64,000 bases of DNA from an uncultured Rhodospirillales bacterium (GTDB taxonomy: Bacteria > Pseudomonadota > Alphaproteobacteria > Rhodospirillales > JAPHRK01): positions 5,219 through 69,218 of the forward strand of contig CBDUMN010000001.1 of the NCBI GenBank assembly GCA_965368335.1, given 5' to 3'. A program made the translations under genes and the position numbers. Below are positions 22,026 through 31,396 of this stretch, in pieces (position 1 is the first letter of the stretch; each line of letters starts with the position of its first letter). The notes beneath the pieces are model-generated. The model worked only from the letters and a program-made list of their open reading frames with translations. It was not told the origin of the DNA and made no database searches.

Positions 22026-22757
22026 TTACGGGCCCAACAGGACGTCTTTTGCCTGGTTGATTTTGGCCGCCAGATAGGTGGAGCCGCCATGATCAGGATG
22101 GAGCTTAGCGATTAGTTGATGATAGGTCGCCTTAATCTCCACATCGGTAGCCTGTTCGCCCAACCCAAGAATTTCAAGGGCTTCCGCGCGTGACATAGCC
22201 CCTCCCGGAAAGCCGCCCTTCTCTCTTGCCGTCCGTTCCTCGGTCTCCGCATCAACCCGCCAAGCCACCCCATAGACCCTGTCGAGGTAGGCTTCGAGCA
22301 CCTGGACGGAATGTCCATCATTCTGCACCTCACAGAGCAAGTTCAACAGATCGTGCAGTTCTATTTCCGAGAGAATCCGGCCGCTGAACGGGCCATCGAT
22401 CACTTCGCCATCCATCTCTCCGCTGTCATGGTCGAGGGTCATGCGGAAATAGTGGGTCTCAATCGTCGAAGTTTGACCGGGGGCCGGTCCCGTTGCCGCA
22501 CGACCGAAATTCTTAAACAGCCGATAGGCGCCAAAGGCGCTGCGAAGTCTGCCAATCCACAAAAAAAGCACCGGCAGAGCGGCCAAAGCCCAACCCAACC
22601 TGCCCGTCACGGCAAGAAAAACGATGGCCAGAACCAAAAGAACCAGCACCAACCACTTAAGCACCATCATCAGCTCTTTGGTGTTAGCAACTGTGTACCA
22701 GCGCAGAAACAACGCCAATCCGACAGCAAGGGCGATACCGAAGATCAGGTAGCTCAT
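22026..22757 (-). CDS. Membrane-anchored J-domain protein
   Basis: The N-terminal ~90 aa contain three hydrophobic helices. The C-terminal J domain carries the HPD motif (YHQLIAKLHPDHGGS). Confidence 0.8.
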   Translation of the reverse strand: MSYLIFGIALAVGLALFLRWYTVANTKELMMVLKWLVLVLLVLAIVFLAVTGRLGWALAALPVLFLWIGRLRSAFGAYRLFKNFGRAATGPAPGQTSTIETHYFRMTLDHDSGEMDGEVIDGPFSGRILSEIELHDLLNLLCEVQNDGHSVQVLEAYLDRVYGVAWRVDAETEERTAREKGGFPGGAMSRAEALEILGLGEQATDVEIKATYHQLIAKLHPDHGGSTYLAAKINQAKDVLLGP

Positions 22758-23458
22758 CTCAACACCTGCTTGGTTATCCGCAAGACCTCGCCACCTTTTG
22801 TTTTGGCGTAGTTTTCAAGGGCAGGAGCGCCACCCGCCGCATAGACCGCAACGGCACTCAACAAATCCTTCAAGATTTGCGCCGAGGCTCGATCAAAGGC
22901 GCAGCAGGCGCCGCCGGAAAGTTTGGCGATTTGTCGAAAAACGAAAGCGGCGACTGGATCGGCCCCCTCGTGAAACAGAAATACAGGCACACCCAACAAG
23001 CCCAACTCACCCGCCAGTTTACCAAGGCGGTCGACATCTTCCTCGCAGCAATCTCCGATAAACACGACCGCATTGACTCTTTGACGCCGCGTTTCACTGA
23101 CGGCATGGCGCAATACTTTGCCAATCTGAGTTTCCCCCGCCAGACAAGAGACTCCTGTCATTTGGGACAATAGAGGCCCGGTGTCGGCGGTCCAGGGTTC
23201 CGCGTGAAATTCTCCATAACCCCGGTAATAGGCGAGCTGAACCTCGAGACCGCCCAAGGATTTCGTTGCCTCGAACATTTCGCCCTGAATTTGGCACGCC
23301 GTGTCCCAGGTCGGTCTCCGGCTGGCGGTCGCATCCATAGCGAAAAGCAAACGTCCACGCTTACCGGGCGTTTTAATCACAGGAGTTCCCGCGACTTTCT
23401 GCAAGAACGCATCGACTTCCGACTGTTTGGCTTTGCCTTTTGTGAGTTTTCCGCCCAT
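22754..23458 (-). CDS. Cytoplasmic von Willebrand factor A (VWA) domain protein
   Basis: 234 aa. The MIDAS-like motif DATAS sits in LLFAMDATASRRP, and VVFIGDCCEED follows later. The stop overlaps the start of the J-protein gene by 4 nt. Confidence 0.7.
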   Translation of the reverse strand: MGGKLTKGKAKQSEVDAFLQKVAGTPVIKTPGKRGRLLFAMDATASRRPTWDTACQIQGEMFEATKSLGGLEVQLAYYRGYGEFHAEPWTADTGPLLSQMTGVSCLAGETQIGKVLRHAVSETRRQRVNAVVFIGDCCEEDVDRLGKLAGELGLLGVPVFLFHEGADPVAAFVFRQIAKLSGGACCAFDRASAQILKDLLSAVAVYAAGGAPALENYAKTKGGEVLRITKQVLR

Positions 23459-23508
23459 GGCCCTTCCACGTTATTTCGCTTATTGATTTAACGCGAAGTT
23501 TAAAAAGA

Positions 23509-24336
23509 TCAATGAGCCGTCGTCGCCTTACCTATGCCGATAGCCTTGACCAGATTGCGCACCTCACGCGCCGCTGCGACGTGTGAGAGGCTCATCTTCT
23601 CATGGTCTCCGGCCTCCAGATCAAGCGCGGTCAATCCCTTTGGGAACAGCTCTCGATAAATCACCCGCTCTCCGATCCCCGAAACGACCCGAAAGCCAAT
23701 CAACCGGGAAAGCTGCGCCAGAATACCGTCGACCTCGCGTCGATTGCGCACGTTTTTATGAAAACTCAGCCGGTTCTTAAGGACGATCCAGTCGACCTGT
23801 TCGCCGTTGCGCGCCGCTTTCTTCTTCCGTTCCTCAAAAACCATAGAGGCATAATGGCTAAAATGTTCAACCTTCTTATGATCGGAACTGACCCGCGCCA
23901 GAACATCGAGATCGATGAAACTGTCATTCATCGGCGTCACCAGCGTTTGAGCGTAGGAATGGCCCACATGAGAAAGGTGGGAAGCACTTCCCGGACTGTC
24001 GATAACGATCACGTCGCACATATCGGAAAGTTCGCTCAAAACACCGAACAGACGTCTTTCATCATCGACCATGGCCTCATCCGCATACTTTTCCTTACTG
24101 GCCTCAACAAAGCGATGATGCGGCAGGGTAAGATGAATTCCGGTCTCTTCCACATAGCGACAACGGTTCTCTATAAATCGGGTAAGAGTTCCCTGACGGG
24201 CATCCAAATCGACGGTGCCGACCCGCACACCTTCCTTCATCAGAGCAACCGCCACATGCATGGCGGTGGTGGACTTACCGCTCCCCCCTTTCTCATTGCC
24301 GAAAACGACAATCTGGCAGCCGTTCCTTATGGTCAT
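23509..24336 (-). CDS. mipZ: Division-plane positioning ATPase MipZ (ParA-like)
   Basis: The deviant Walker A GNEKGGSGKST is present. There is extended similarity to Caulobacter MipZ as I recall it (VDLDARQ, TPMNDSFIDLD, RVIYRELFPKGLT). The start is set at the ATG 24336 (MTIRNG...). Confidence 0.88.
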   Translation of the reverse strand: MTIRNGCQIVVFGNEKGGSGKSTTAMHVAVALMKEGVRVGTVDLDARQGTLTRFIENRCRYVEETGIHLTLPHHRFVEASKEKYADEAMVDDERRLFGVLSELSDMCDVIVIDSPGSASHLSHVGHSYAQTLVTPMNDSFIDLDVLARVSSDHKKVEHFSHYASMVFEERKKKAARNGEQVDWIVLKNRLSFHKNVRNRREVDGILAQLSRLIGFRVVSGIGERVIYRELFPKGLTALDLEAGDHEKMSLSHVAAAREVRNLVKAIGIGKATTAH

Positions 24337-26396
24337 GCAATAGCCCCATCCAGCTTGATCCAAACCGCCGTATCGTGGAACACGGCGCCGCCATCAGGCG
24401 CACCGGCCTCAGCCGAAGTCAGCGTATTGATCCCCTTGCCTTCTATGAAGGCCTTGTTGGGCCAGATGCTTTCAACCACGGCAACCCCGCGCTGAAGGCC
24501 GTCAAAGGGTTCGACCGGCAGCAACACATCGCCCTGAGCATTGCCCAGCCGAACCAAGCCGCCTTTTTCAACACCAAGCTCCTTGCAGTCATCGGGGTGG
24601 AGAAAAACGACAGGCGTTTTCTCCTGCTTCCGTGACGTATCGACTTCGGTGAATGTCGTATTGAGAAAATTTCTCGCAGGCGCCGTCACCAAGCGGAAAG
24701 GCCGTTCATCAGTGGCGACATCTTCCAGGCCGGCATGATCGGGAAACCTGGGTAGTTTATCGCCATCCGGCCCCAAAGCGGCCCAATCAGGCATAAAACG
24801 GAACCTGCCGTCAGGGTGAGCAAATCCTTTAAGATGCTGCTGCTCCTCGAAAGGCTTGGAGCAGTCGAGCCAACGGGCTGCATAGAGCTCATCCGCTCCC
24901 GGCAGGCCAGCTGCTTTCAGCGAGGAGTCGATCATCTCCCAAGCAGTCATGCTGAATCCTGGGTGCTCGCCCCCTAAACGCAGCGCCAGATCGCAGATGA
25001 CCTCATGATTGCTTCGGCATTCTCCCGGTGCTCCGATGACTGAACGGGCAACCTGCAGGTAAACATGGCCTCCGCCCTGGTAAATATCGTCATGCTCTAG
25101 GAACATTGTAGCGGGCAAAACGATATCGGCCATAGCCGCCGTTTCAGTCATGAACTGCTCATGGACGCAGACAAAAAGATCGTCACGCAGGAACCCTTCA
25201 CGCACCTTGCCTGAGTCCGGCGCAACGGTAACCGGATTACAGTTCTGAATAATCATCGCCTTAACCGGCGGGCCGCCCTTGAGAGCCATAGCGTCACCGG
25301 TCAGGACAGGACCGATTTGCGACATATCGAGTATCCGAACATCCTGCTTAGCGACATCCGTTCCCTCAATCAGCGTTTTATCGACCGCATAAAGCCCGCC
25401 ATTGCTATGTAGGGCCCCACCGCCTTTGTGTTTCCATGAACCTGCCACGGCAGGAAGACAGGAGACTGCATGGGTATTGGTCGCACCATTTCTGTTACGC
25501 GACATACCATAACCGAGACGCAGGAAGGTATTGGGCGTCTGTCCATAGAGACGGGCGAACGAAATGATTTCCTCTTCGCTCAACCCAGTAATCGCCGACG
25601 CCCAGGCCGGATCACGGCTTTCCAGGTGTCTCTCAACCTCTTCGGAAAAATCCGTATGGGTGGCAAGGAACTCTCGATCCGCAAGACCTTCCTTCAACAG
25701 CACATGCATCACCGCACAGGCCAGCGCTCCATCGGTTCCGGGTTTAAGCGGGAGATGCAAATCGGCCATGCGGGCTGTGTGTCCCCGGTATGGGTCGACA
25801 CTGACGATTTTTGCACCCCGCTCCTTCCGGGCCTTACGCGCATGGTTGGCGGCATTGATATGGCTGGCAACAGGATTGATGCCCCAAAAAACGATCATAT
25901 CGGCATGAGCCATATTGCGAGGATCGGCCCCCCAACTCACACCCGCTCCAGCTTTCCACCCACTAGAGGCCAATGCAGTGCAAATGGTTTTATGCTGCCG
26001 GGAATATCCCAGGTCGTTGACCAGTCGCTGAATACCGTCACGCTGCACATAGCCCATGGTTCCCGCATATCGATATGGCCAAACAGCTTCCTTGCCAAAC
26101 TCCGCCTCAGCCTTCTTAAAAGCTCCGGCCACCGTCTCCATGGCCTCATCCCAGGAAATTCGCTTGAATTCCCCCGCCCCTTTGGGGCCAACCCTTTTTA
26201 ACGGGTGCATCAAACGGTCCGGATGATGTACCCGCTCGGCATAGCGCCCCACTTTTGCGCAGATCGCTCCATCGGTAAAATCGTTGTTGGCCGCGCCTCG
26301 TACCGTTCCAATTGTTTTTTCATCCAACCGCTCAACTTCCAAGGCGCAGGTGCTGGGACAATCGTGAGGACAAACAGACTGAACGAATTGGGACAT
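24333..26396 (-). CDS. Molybdopterin (bis-MGD) oxidoreductase family protein, cytoplasmic type, substrate unknown
   Basis: 687 aa. The N-terminal 4Fe-4S motif is CPHDCPSTC...C. There is no twin-arginine signal. Length and organisation fit a MopB-family enzyme. Confidence 0.88.
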   Translation of the reverse strand: MSQFVQSVCPHDCPSTCALEVERLDEKTIGTVRGAANNDFTDGAICAKVGRYAERVHHPDRLMHPLKRVGPKGAGEFKRISWDEAMETVAGAFKKAEAEFGKEAVWPYRYAGTMGYVQRDGIQRLVNDLGYSRQHKTICTALASSGWKAGAGVSWGADPRNMAHADMIVFWGINPVASHINAANHARKARKERGAKIVSVDPYRGHTARMADLHLPLKPGTDGALACAVMHVLLKEGLADREFLATHTDFSEEVERHLESRDPAWASAITGLSEEEIISFARLYGQTPNTFLRLGYGMSRNRNGATNTHAVSCLPAVAGSWKHKGGGALHSNGGLYAVDKTLIEGTDVAKQDVRILDMSQIGPVLTGDAMALKGGPPVKAMIIQNCNPVTVAPDSGKVREGFLRDDLFVCVHEQFMTETAAMADIVLPATMFLEHDDIYQGGGHVYLQVARSVIGAPGECRSNHEVICDLALRLGGEHPGFSMTAWEMIDSSLKAAGLPGADELYAARWLDCSKPFEEQQHLKGFAHPDGRFRFMPDWAALGPDGDKLPRFPDHAGLEDVATDERPFRLVTAPARNFLNTTFTEVDTSRKQEKTPVVFLHPDDCKELGVEKGGLVRLGNAQGDVLLPVEPFDGLQRGVAVVESIWPNKAFIEGKGINTLTSAEAGAPDGGAVFHDTAVWIKLDGAIA

Positions 26397-26445
26397 CGGG
26401 GCGGAAAACCTTTCAATCGGAGAATCGTTGAAATCTTAAAAGGCC

Positions 26446-26478
26446 AAAAAGAAACGCGCCACCCGTAAAGGCGGCGCG
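26446..26478 (-). terminator. Terminator-like hairpin between the NapC/NirT-like gene and the molybdoenzyme gene
   Basis: The minus strand reads cgcgcc-gcctttacgggt-ggcgcg, followed by tttctttttgg. Confidence 0.55.
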
Positions 26479-26512
26479 CTCCAAAATCTTTATCCGGTCG
26501 AAGCGGAGTTTA

Positions 26513-27079
26513 TTATTCATCCATACCGGCGGGAAGTTCGTGAGCGATGCCCTTATGGCAATCGATACAGGTCTCTCCCTTTTTCATCGCTTTCGGATGC
26601 TTCTTACGCGCCCGGCGCTCTTGCTTGGTGAGGTCCATAACCTCGAAAGAATGACAGTTGCGACATTCCCGCGAGTTGTTGGATTTCATTTCATTCCAAA
26701 CATTGGTCGCCAACTGCAAACGCTTCGCGTCGAACTTTTCGGGCGTATCAATGGAGCCCAAAATTTTGTGATACACCTCATTGGAAGCTCTGATCTTACG
26801 CACCAATTTGGCAACCCAAGGCTTGGGCACATGGCAGTCGGAACAAATCGCCCGTACGCCGCTTGCATTGGTGTAATGAACGGTACCCCGATACTCTTGG
26901 TAAACGTTCTCTTCCATTTCGTGACAGGAAATACAGAAATCTAATGTGTTGGTGTATTCCATAAAGGTGTTGAAGCCACCCCAGAAAATGACGCCGGCCA
27001 CACCCCCGGCAACAAAAATGGCGCCCCAACCGAACCGGGCGGTTGGGCCCCAGAACCAGTTCCACAAAGCCTTAATCAC
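26513..27079 (-). CDS. NapC/NirT family membrane-anchored tetraheme cytochrome c
   Basis: 188 aa. An N-terminal TM helix is followed by four CxxCH motifs (CISCH, CSDCH, CRNCH, CIDCH). Confidence 0.92.
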   Translation of the reverse strand: MIKALWNWFWGPTARFGWGAIFVAGGVAGVIFWGGFNTFMEYTNTLDFCISCHEMEENVYQEYRGTVHYTNASGVRAICSDCHVPKPWVAKLVRKIRASNEVYHKILGSIDTPEKFDAKRLQLATNVWNEMKSNNSRECRNCHSFEVMDLTKQERRARKKHPKAMKKGETCIDCHKGIAHELPAGMDE

Positions 27080-27370
27080 GGCAAATCCCCTACACTTATC
27101 GCTGTGATTTGCGCCTATCCACCATTTGAAAGTGGCGCAAACCCTTGATTAATCCAGGACCTTGTAGCCTAAACGGCCTTCAAGTTCCAGTTTCGTCATA
27201 ACCGATTCTTGTGCGCCGCAAAAATAACCCTGATCAACTTAGGGATAAAAGAAATCTACTTTGGTAGAAATTGGGGGAGGTTTGTGTCCATTAGCCCCCC
27301 TTTTATCGAGCTTGACCCCCATCACCCTCATGCCCACAATCCTCACTGGAGTCTTTCATTTGGGGCATCT

Positions 27371-28489
27371 ATGGAAACCGTTGACGCTGTTGTAATCGGA
27401 GCCGGAGTGGTGGGCTTGGCTGTCGCCCGCGCCCTTGCACTTTCGGGACGGGAAACACTCATTCTCGAAGCCGCCAACACCTATGGAACGGGTACCTCCG
27501 CGCGCAACAGCGAGGTCGTCCATGCAGGCATCTACTATCCAAAAGGCAGCCTCAAGGCGCGTCTCTGCATCTCAGGAAAAATGCATCTCTATGCCTATTG
27601 CGCTGAGCGGAGCATCAGCCATAAACGCCTAGGAAAACTGATCGTCGCCGGAGCGAATCAACTGGACGATCTTGCGGCCATCCACGCCAAAGCCGAAGCC
27701 AATGGCGTGGACGATCTGGAATGGCTTGAGAGAGAGGAGGTCTTAGCGCTTGAGCCCCGCTTGAACTGCGCCGCCGCCCTTTTCTCTCCGTCGACGGGTA
27801 TTATCGATAGTCATGGGCTCATGCTCAGCCTATTGGGCGATCTCGAAAATGCCGGAGGATTGTTATCCCTAAACAGCCCGGTCAAAGGCGGAGAGATAGA
27901 CTCCCAAGGCATTATTCTACGAGTGGGAGGAGCCGAGAGCATGACGCTCCGGTGCAAAATTCTGGTCAACTGCGCTGGTTTGGCGGCTCGCTCCGTAGCC
28001 CTCAGTATCGACGGCATTCCACAAGACCGTATCCCTCCAGCCTTTATCGCCAAAGGCAATTATTTCTCCCTATCGGGCAAAGCTCCTTTCACCCATCTGG
28101 TTTATCCGGTGCCCGAACCGGGAGGACTCGGCGTCCACCTCACTCTCGATCTAGGCGGACAAGCGCGTTTCGGCCCCGATGTGGAATGGATCGATGCCCC
28201 CGATTATGAAGTAGACCCGACCCGTGGTGAAAAATTTTATGCGGCCATCCGCCGCTATTGGCCCGATTTACCCGATCAGGCGCTACACCCCGATTATGCT
28301 GGCCTACGGCCGAAAATATCCGGTCCCGGCGATCCAGCCGCCGATTTTGCTATTTTGGGGCCCAAAACACTGGGGAGAGAAGGTTTGGTTTCATTACACG
28401 GAATTGAGTCGCCCGGCCTCACATCCTGTCTCGCCATTGCCAAAGAAGTCCTCTCTCGACTTAATATTCGAGAAACCCCAATAGCTTAG
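27371..28489 (+). CDS. FAD-dependent oxidoreductase (DAO / L-2-hydroxyglutarate oxidase-like)
   Basis: From the internal ATG at 27371 the protein begins [20 protein letters not shown], a dinucleotide-binding GxGxxG motif. The tracked ORF adds 54 implausible N-terminal codons. Confidence 0.85.
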   Translation: METVDAVVIGAGVVGLAVARALALSGRETLILEAANTYGTGTSARNSEVVHAGIYYPKGSLKARLCISGKMHLYAYCAERSISHKRLGKLIVAGANQLDDLAAIHAKAEANGVDDLEWLEREEVLALEPRLNCAAALFSPSTGIIDSHGLMLSLLGDLENAGGLLSLNSPVKGGEIDSQGIILRVGGAESMTLRCKILVNCAGLAARSVALSIDGIPQDRIPPAFIAKGNYFSLSGKAPFTHLVYPVPEPGGLGVHLTLDLGGQARFGPDVEWIDAPDYEVDPTRGEKFYAAIRRYWPDLPDQALHPDYAGLRPKISGPGDPAADFAILGPKTLGREGLVSLHGIESPGLTSCLAIAKEVLSRLNIRETPIA

Positions 28490-28509
28490 TCTAGACTAAC
28501 AGGAAACAT

Positions 28510-29619
28510 ATGATTTGGATTTCGAGGATGATGAGACTCAGCCGTTGGATTGCGCCAGTTCTGATCACGGGATTTTTCTGCGTGGCTTATCCTGCAACAG
28601 ACCTACTAGCGCAGGGCAGCGTCAATATTGACAGGCGCACTATGAGCGAAAAAGAAATCGCACCGCTAGCCTCCGAACCGGCTGCTTTCATCGACTACCG
28701 GGAAGATATGCGAGTGCTGGTTCAGGATCTTGCAAGATTTGCCCGTCGTTACAATCGGAATTTCACCATTCTGCCGATGAACGGCGTCGACCTCCTGACC
28801 AAGCGTGAAGACGGCGACGAAGACAGACGTGTTCCTGCGCGGGTCTACCTTCAGGCCATTGATGGCATGCTGCAAGAGGCCCTCTATTACGGCAAGCCAG
28901 AATTCAATAAGCCGCGCAAGGAGAGCGGGGTCAAATACCTCGAAGACTGGATAGGCAAAGCCGCAAAAAACGGTGTCAATATCTTCACCCTCGATTATGC
29001 AGACGATCCCAAAATTGTATCTGAGCTATATGCCAAATATGAAAAGAAGGGCTATATCCCCTATGTTGCACCCGCCACGGAGGTCGGGATCAACAAATTC
29101 GCACCACTTCCGAAACGGCCCATCGGCGAAAACGCCAAAAGCATCATCTCACTGAAGGACGTCCGTAATTACGCCATCATACGGGACTCCTCCGCTTTCG
29201 GCACACAGGCTGAATTCGCCGTTGAAGCCGCCATGACCAATTACGACATGCTGATTGTCGATCCTTTTCATCGTCGCAATGAATTTTTGAGCCGCGACAC
29301 GGTCCACAAGCTGAAGTTCAAGAAGCTTGGCGGCAAACGACTGGTCCTTGCCTACCTCAATATCGCAGCAGCCGAAGCCTTCCGCTATTACTGGAGAGAT
29401 CACTGGCAAACCGGCACTCCCGACTGGCTGGGGTATCCCTACCGAGGTCAACCCGACGTCTATCACGTTCAATATTGGCGACCAGAATGGCGCGACCTAT
29501 TGTTCGGCGGGCAAAAATCCTACGTCTATGGGCTCGTCCAGGACCTGGGTTACGACGGTCTCGTCCTCGACGGCTTGGATGCTTACCGCTACCATGAGGG
29601 GAGTGAAGACGCCGAATAA
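28510..29619 (+). CDS. Secreted GH114 / TM1410-like putative glycoside hydrolase (COG2342-like)
   Basis: A signal peptide is present. The motifs VLAYLNIAAAEAFRYYW, YWRPEWRDLL and GYDGLVLDGLDAY resemble the endo-alpha-1,4-polygalactosaminidase-like TIM-barrel family as I recall it. Confidence 0.55.
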   Translation: MIWISRMMRLSRWIAPVLITGFFCVAYPATDLLAQGSVNIDRRTMSEKEIAPLASEPAAFIDYREDMRVLVQDLARFARRYNRNFTILPMNGVDLLTKREDGDEDRRVPARVYLQAIDGMLQEALYYGKPEFNKPRKESGVKYLEDWIGKAAKNGVNIFTLDYADDPKIVSELYAKYEKKGYIPYVAPATEVGINKFAPLPKRPIGENAKSIISLKDVRNYAIIRDSSAFGTQAEFAVEAAMTNYDMLIVDPFHRRNEFLSRDTVHKLKFKKLGGKRLVLAYLNIAAAEAFRYYWRDHWQTGTPDWLGYPYRGQPDVYHVQYWRPEWRDLLFGGQKSYVYGLVQDLGYDGLVLDGLDAYRYHEGSEDAE

Positions 29620-29639
29620 TCGTTTTGTGGAGTTCGGGA

Positions 29640-31280
29640 ATGCTTAGAGCAGGAACGACGTACGACCAAGTATACCAGAGCTTTTCCTGGCATATACCGC
29701 AACGCTTCAACATGGGAGTTGCCGTTTGTGACCGGCAGGCTGAAAAGAATCCGAACGCACCGGCCCTGCTGATTGACAATGAAGCTGGTGGGGTCGACAC
29801 CTACACCTTCCAAGACATTCGCCTCCTTTCCAACAAGTTTGCAAACCTGCTGACCCACCAGGGCCTCGAACCCGGTGACCGGTTAGCCATTCTATTATCA
29901 CAGAATGTGGAAACGGCCGCCGCTCATGTAGCCGCATGGAAAGCCGGACTGATCTCCATCCCCATGTTCACTCTGTTCGGCGAAGATGCGCTCGAATACC
30001 GCTTCGAGAATAGCGGAGCCAAAGGCATCATCACCGATAAAGCCAATCTCGAAAAAGTTCTGGCTGTGCGAAATAAAGTCGGGGGGCCAGAGAAGGTTTT
30101 CGTTATCGAAAGCGTTAGCCAAGGAAACGGCATTATCAATCTCCGTAAAGTCCTTGAAAGCGCATCGGATCAATTCACCCCCTTAGACACCTCGGCCGAT
30201 ACCCCAGGCCTGATCATTTATACCTCGGGCACCACTGGCAACCCCAAAGGCGCCCTTCACGCCCACCGCACCTTGCTCGGCCATATGCCGGGCGTCGAAT
30301 TTCCCCACGAATTTTTCCCTAAGGAAAAAGACCTTTTCTGGACACCTGCCGACTGGGCCTGGATCGGTGGACTGATGAATATTCTGATGGGGGCTTGGTT
30401 CCATGGTGTCCCGGTTCTCGCCCACAGGATGAAAAAATTCGACCCCGCCGAAGCGCTTGCCATCATGGCGAGGCATAAAGTGCGCAACACTTTCATCCCA
30501 CCCACCGCCTTAAATATCGTTCGCCAGGCCGGTCTTGCCGAAGAACTTCGCAGCCTCGACCTGAGGACCGTTGCCGTCGCCGGTGAACCCATGGGAGCCG
30601 AATTGCTCAATTGGGGACAGGAGGCAATGGGGGTGACATTCAACGAGTTCTACGGCCAAACCGAATGCAACTTAGTTGCGGCGAACTGCGGTCAGGTTAT
30701 GGAGATCAAGCCTGGCTCCATGGGGAAGTCGATCCCCGGCCATCAGGTGGAAATCATTACCTCAGACGGCACACCGACTGCCGATGGCGAAGTGGGCGAG
30801 ATCGCCGTCAAAGCGCCCGACCCGGTCATGTTTCTCGAATATTGGAAAAACCCAGCAGCCACGAAAAACAAGTTTCGCGGAGACTGGCTCCTGACCGGCG
30901 ACCAGGGTTATAGGGACGCCGACGGATACCTTTGGTTTGTTGGCCGCGACGACGACGTCATCACCTCGGCGGGCTATCGCATTGGTCCCTCTGAGATCGA
31001 AGACAGCCTCCGCCGCCATCCTGCCGTTGAGTTGGCGGCCGTTATTGGGGTTCCCGACCCTGTCCGCACGGAAGTTATCAAGGCCTTCATAACGACCAAA
31101 GACGGCATAAATCCCGACGCAACCCTTGAAGAAGAAATTCGCAACCTAGTCAAAACGCGCCTTTCCCCCCACGAATACCCGCGTCTCATTGAATTTGTTG
31201 ACGAATTACCCTTAACAGTCACGGGAAAGGTTCGCCGCAAGACATTAAAGGAACAAGAAATCGCCAGACAAAAACTCTAA
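29640..31280 (+). CDS. AMP-dependent acyl-CoA synthetase / ligase
   Basis: The AMP-binding motif YTSGTTGNPKG is present, followed by TGD and a terminal GKVRRK. The start is set at the ATG 29640. Confidence 0.92.
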   Translation: MLRAGTTYDQVYQSFSWHIPQRFNMGVAVCDRQAEKNPNAPALLIDNEAGGVDTYTFQDIRLLSNKFANLLTHQGLEPGDRLAILLSQNVETAAAHVAAWKAGLISIPMFTLFGEDALEYRFENSGAKGIITDKANLEKVLAVRNKVGGPEKVFVIESVSQGNGIINLRKVLESASDQFTPLDTSADTPGLIIYTSGTTGNPKGALHAHRTLLGHMPGVEFPHEFFPKEKDLFWTPADWAWIGGLMNILMGAWFHGVPVLAHRMKKFDPAEALAIMARHKVRNTFIPPTALNIVRQAGLAEELRSLDLRTVAVAGEPMGAELLNWGQEAMGVTFNEFYGQTECNLVAANCGQVMEIKPGSMGKSIPGHQVEIITSDGTPTADGEVGEIAVKAPDPVMFLEYWKNPAATKNKFRGDWLLTGDQGYRDADGYLWFVGRDDDVITSAGYRIGPSEIEDSLRRHPAVELAAVIGVPDPVRTEVIKAFITTKDGINPDATLEEEIRNLVKTRLSPHEYPRLIEFVDELPLTVTGKVRRKTLKEQEIARQKL

Positions 31281-31396
31281 AAACTGTGACGGGCGTTACA
31301 CTTTCCTAAGCATCTCTCCCTTAAACTGGTTAATTGGATCGTTGGCGATGCAAGAAAGCATCCTGACGATTTAGGTTGGATTATGACGGTGGCGAT

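Noticed and set aside
27080-27370. FNR/CRP-like half-sites (ttgattaatcc, tgatcaa, ttgtgcgccgcaa) and an 8-bp inverted repeat tttgcgcc...ggcgcaaa in the divergent region between the NapC-like and FAD-oxidoreductase genes.
   Set aside because: None has the canonical TTGAT-N4-ATCAA spacing. The 8-bp repeat has an 18-nt loop and no clear context. It could be chance in a 290-bp region.
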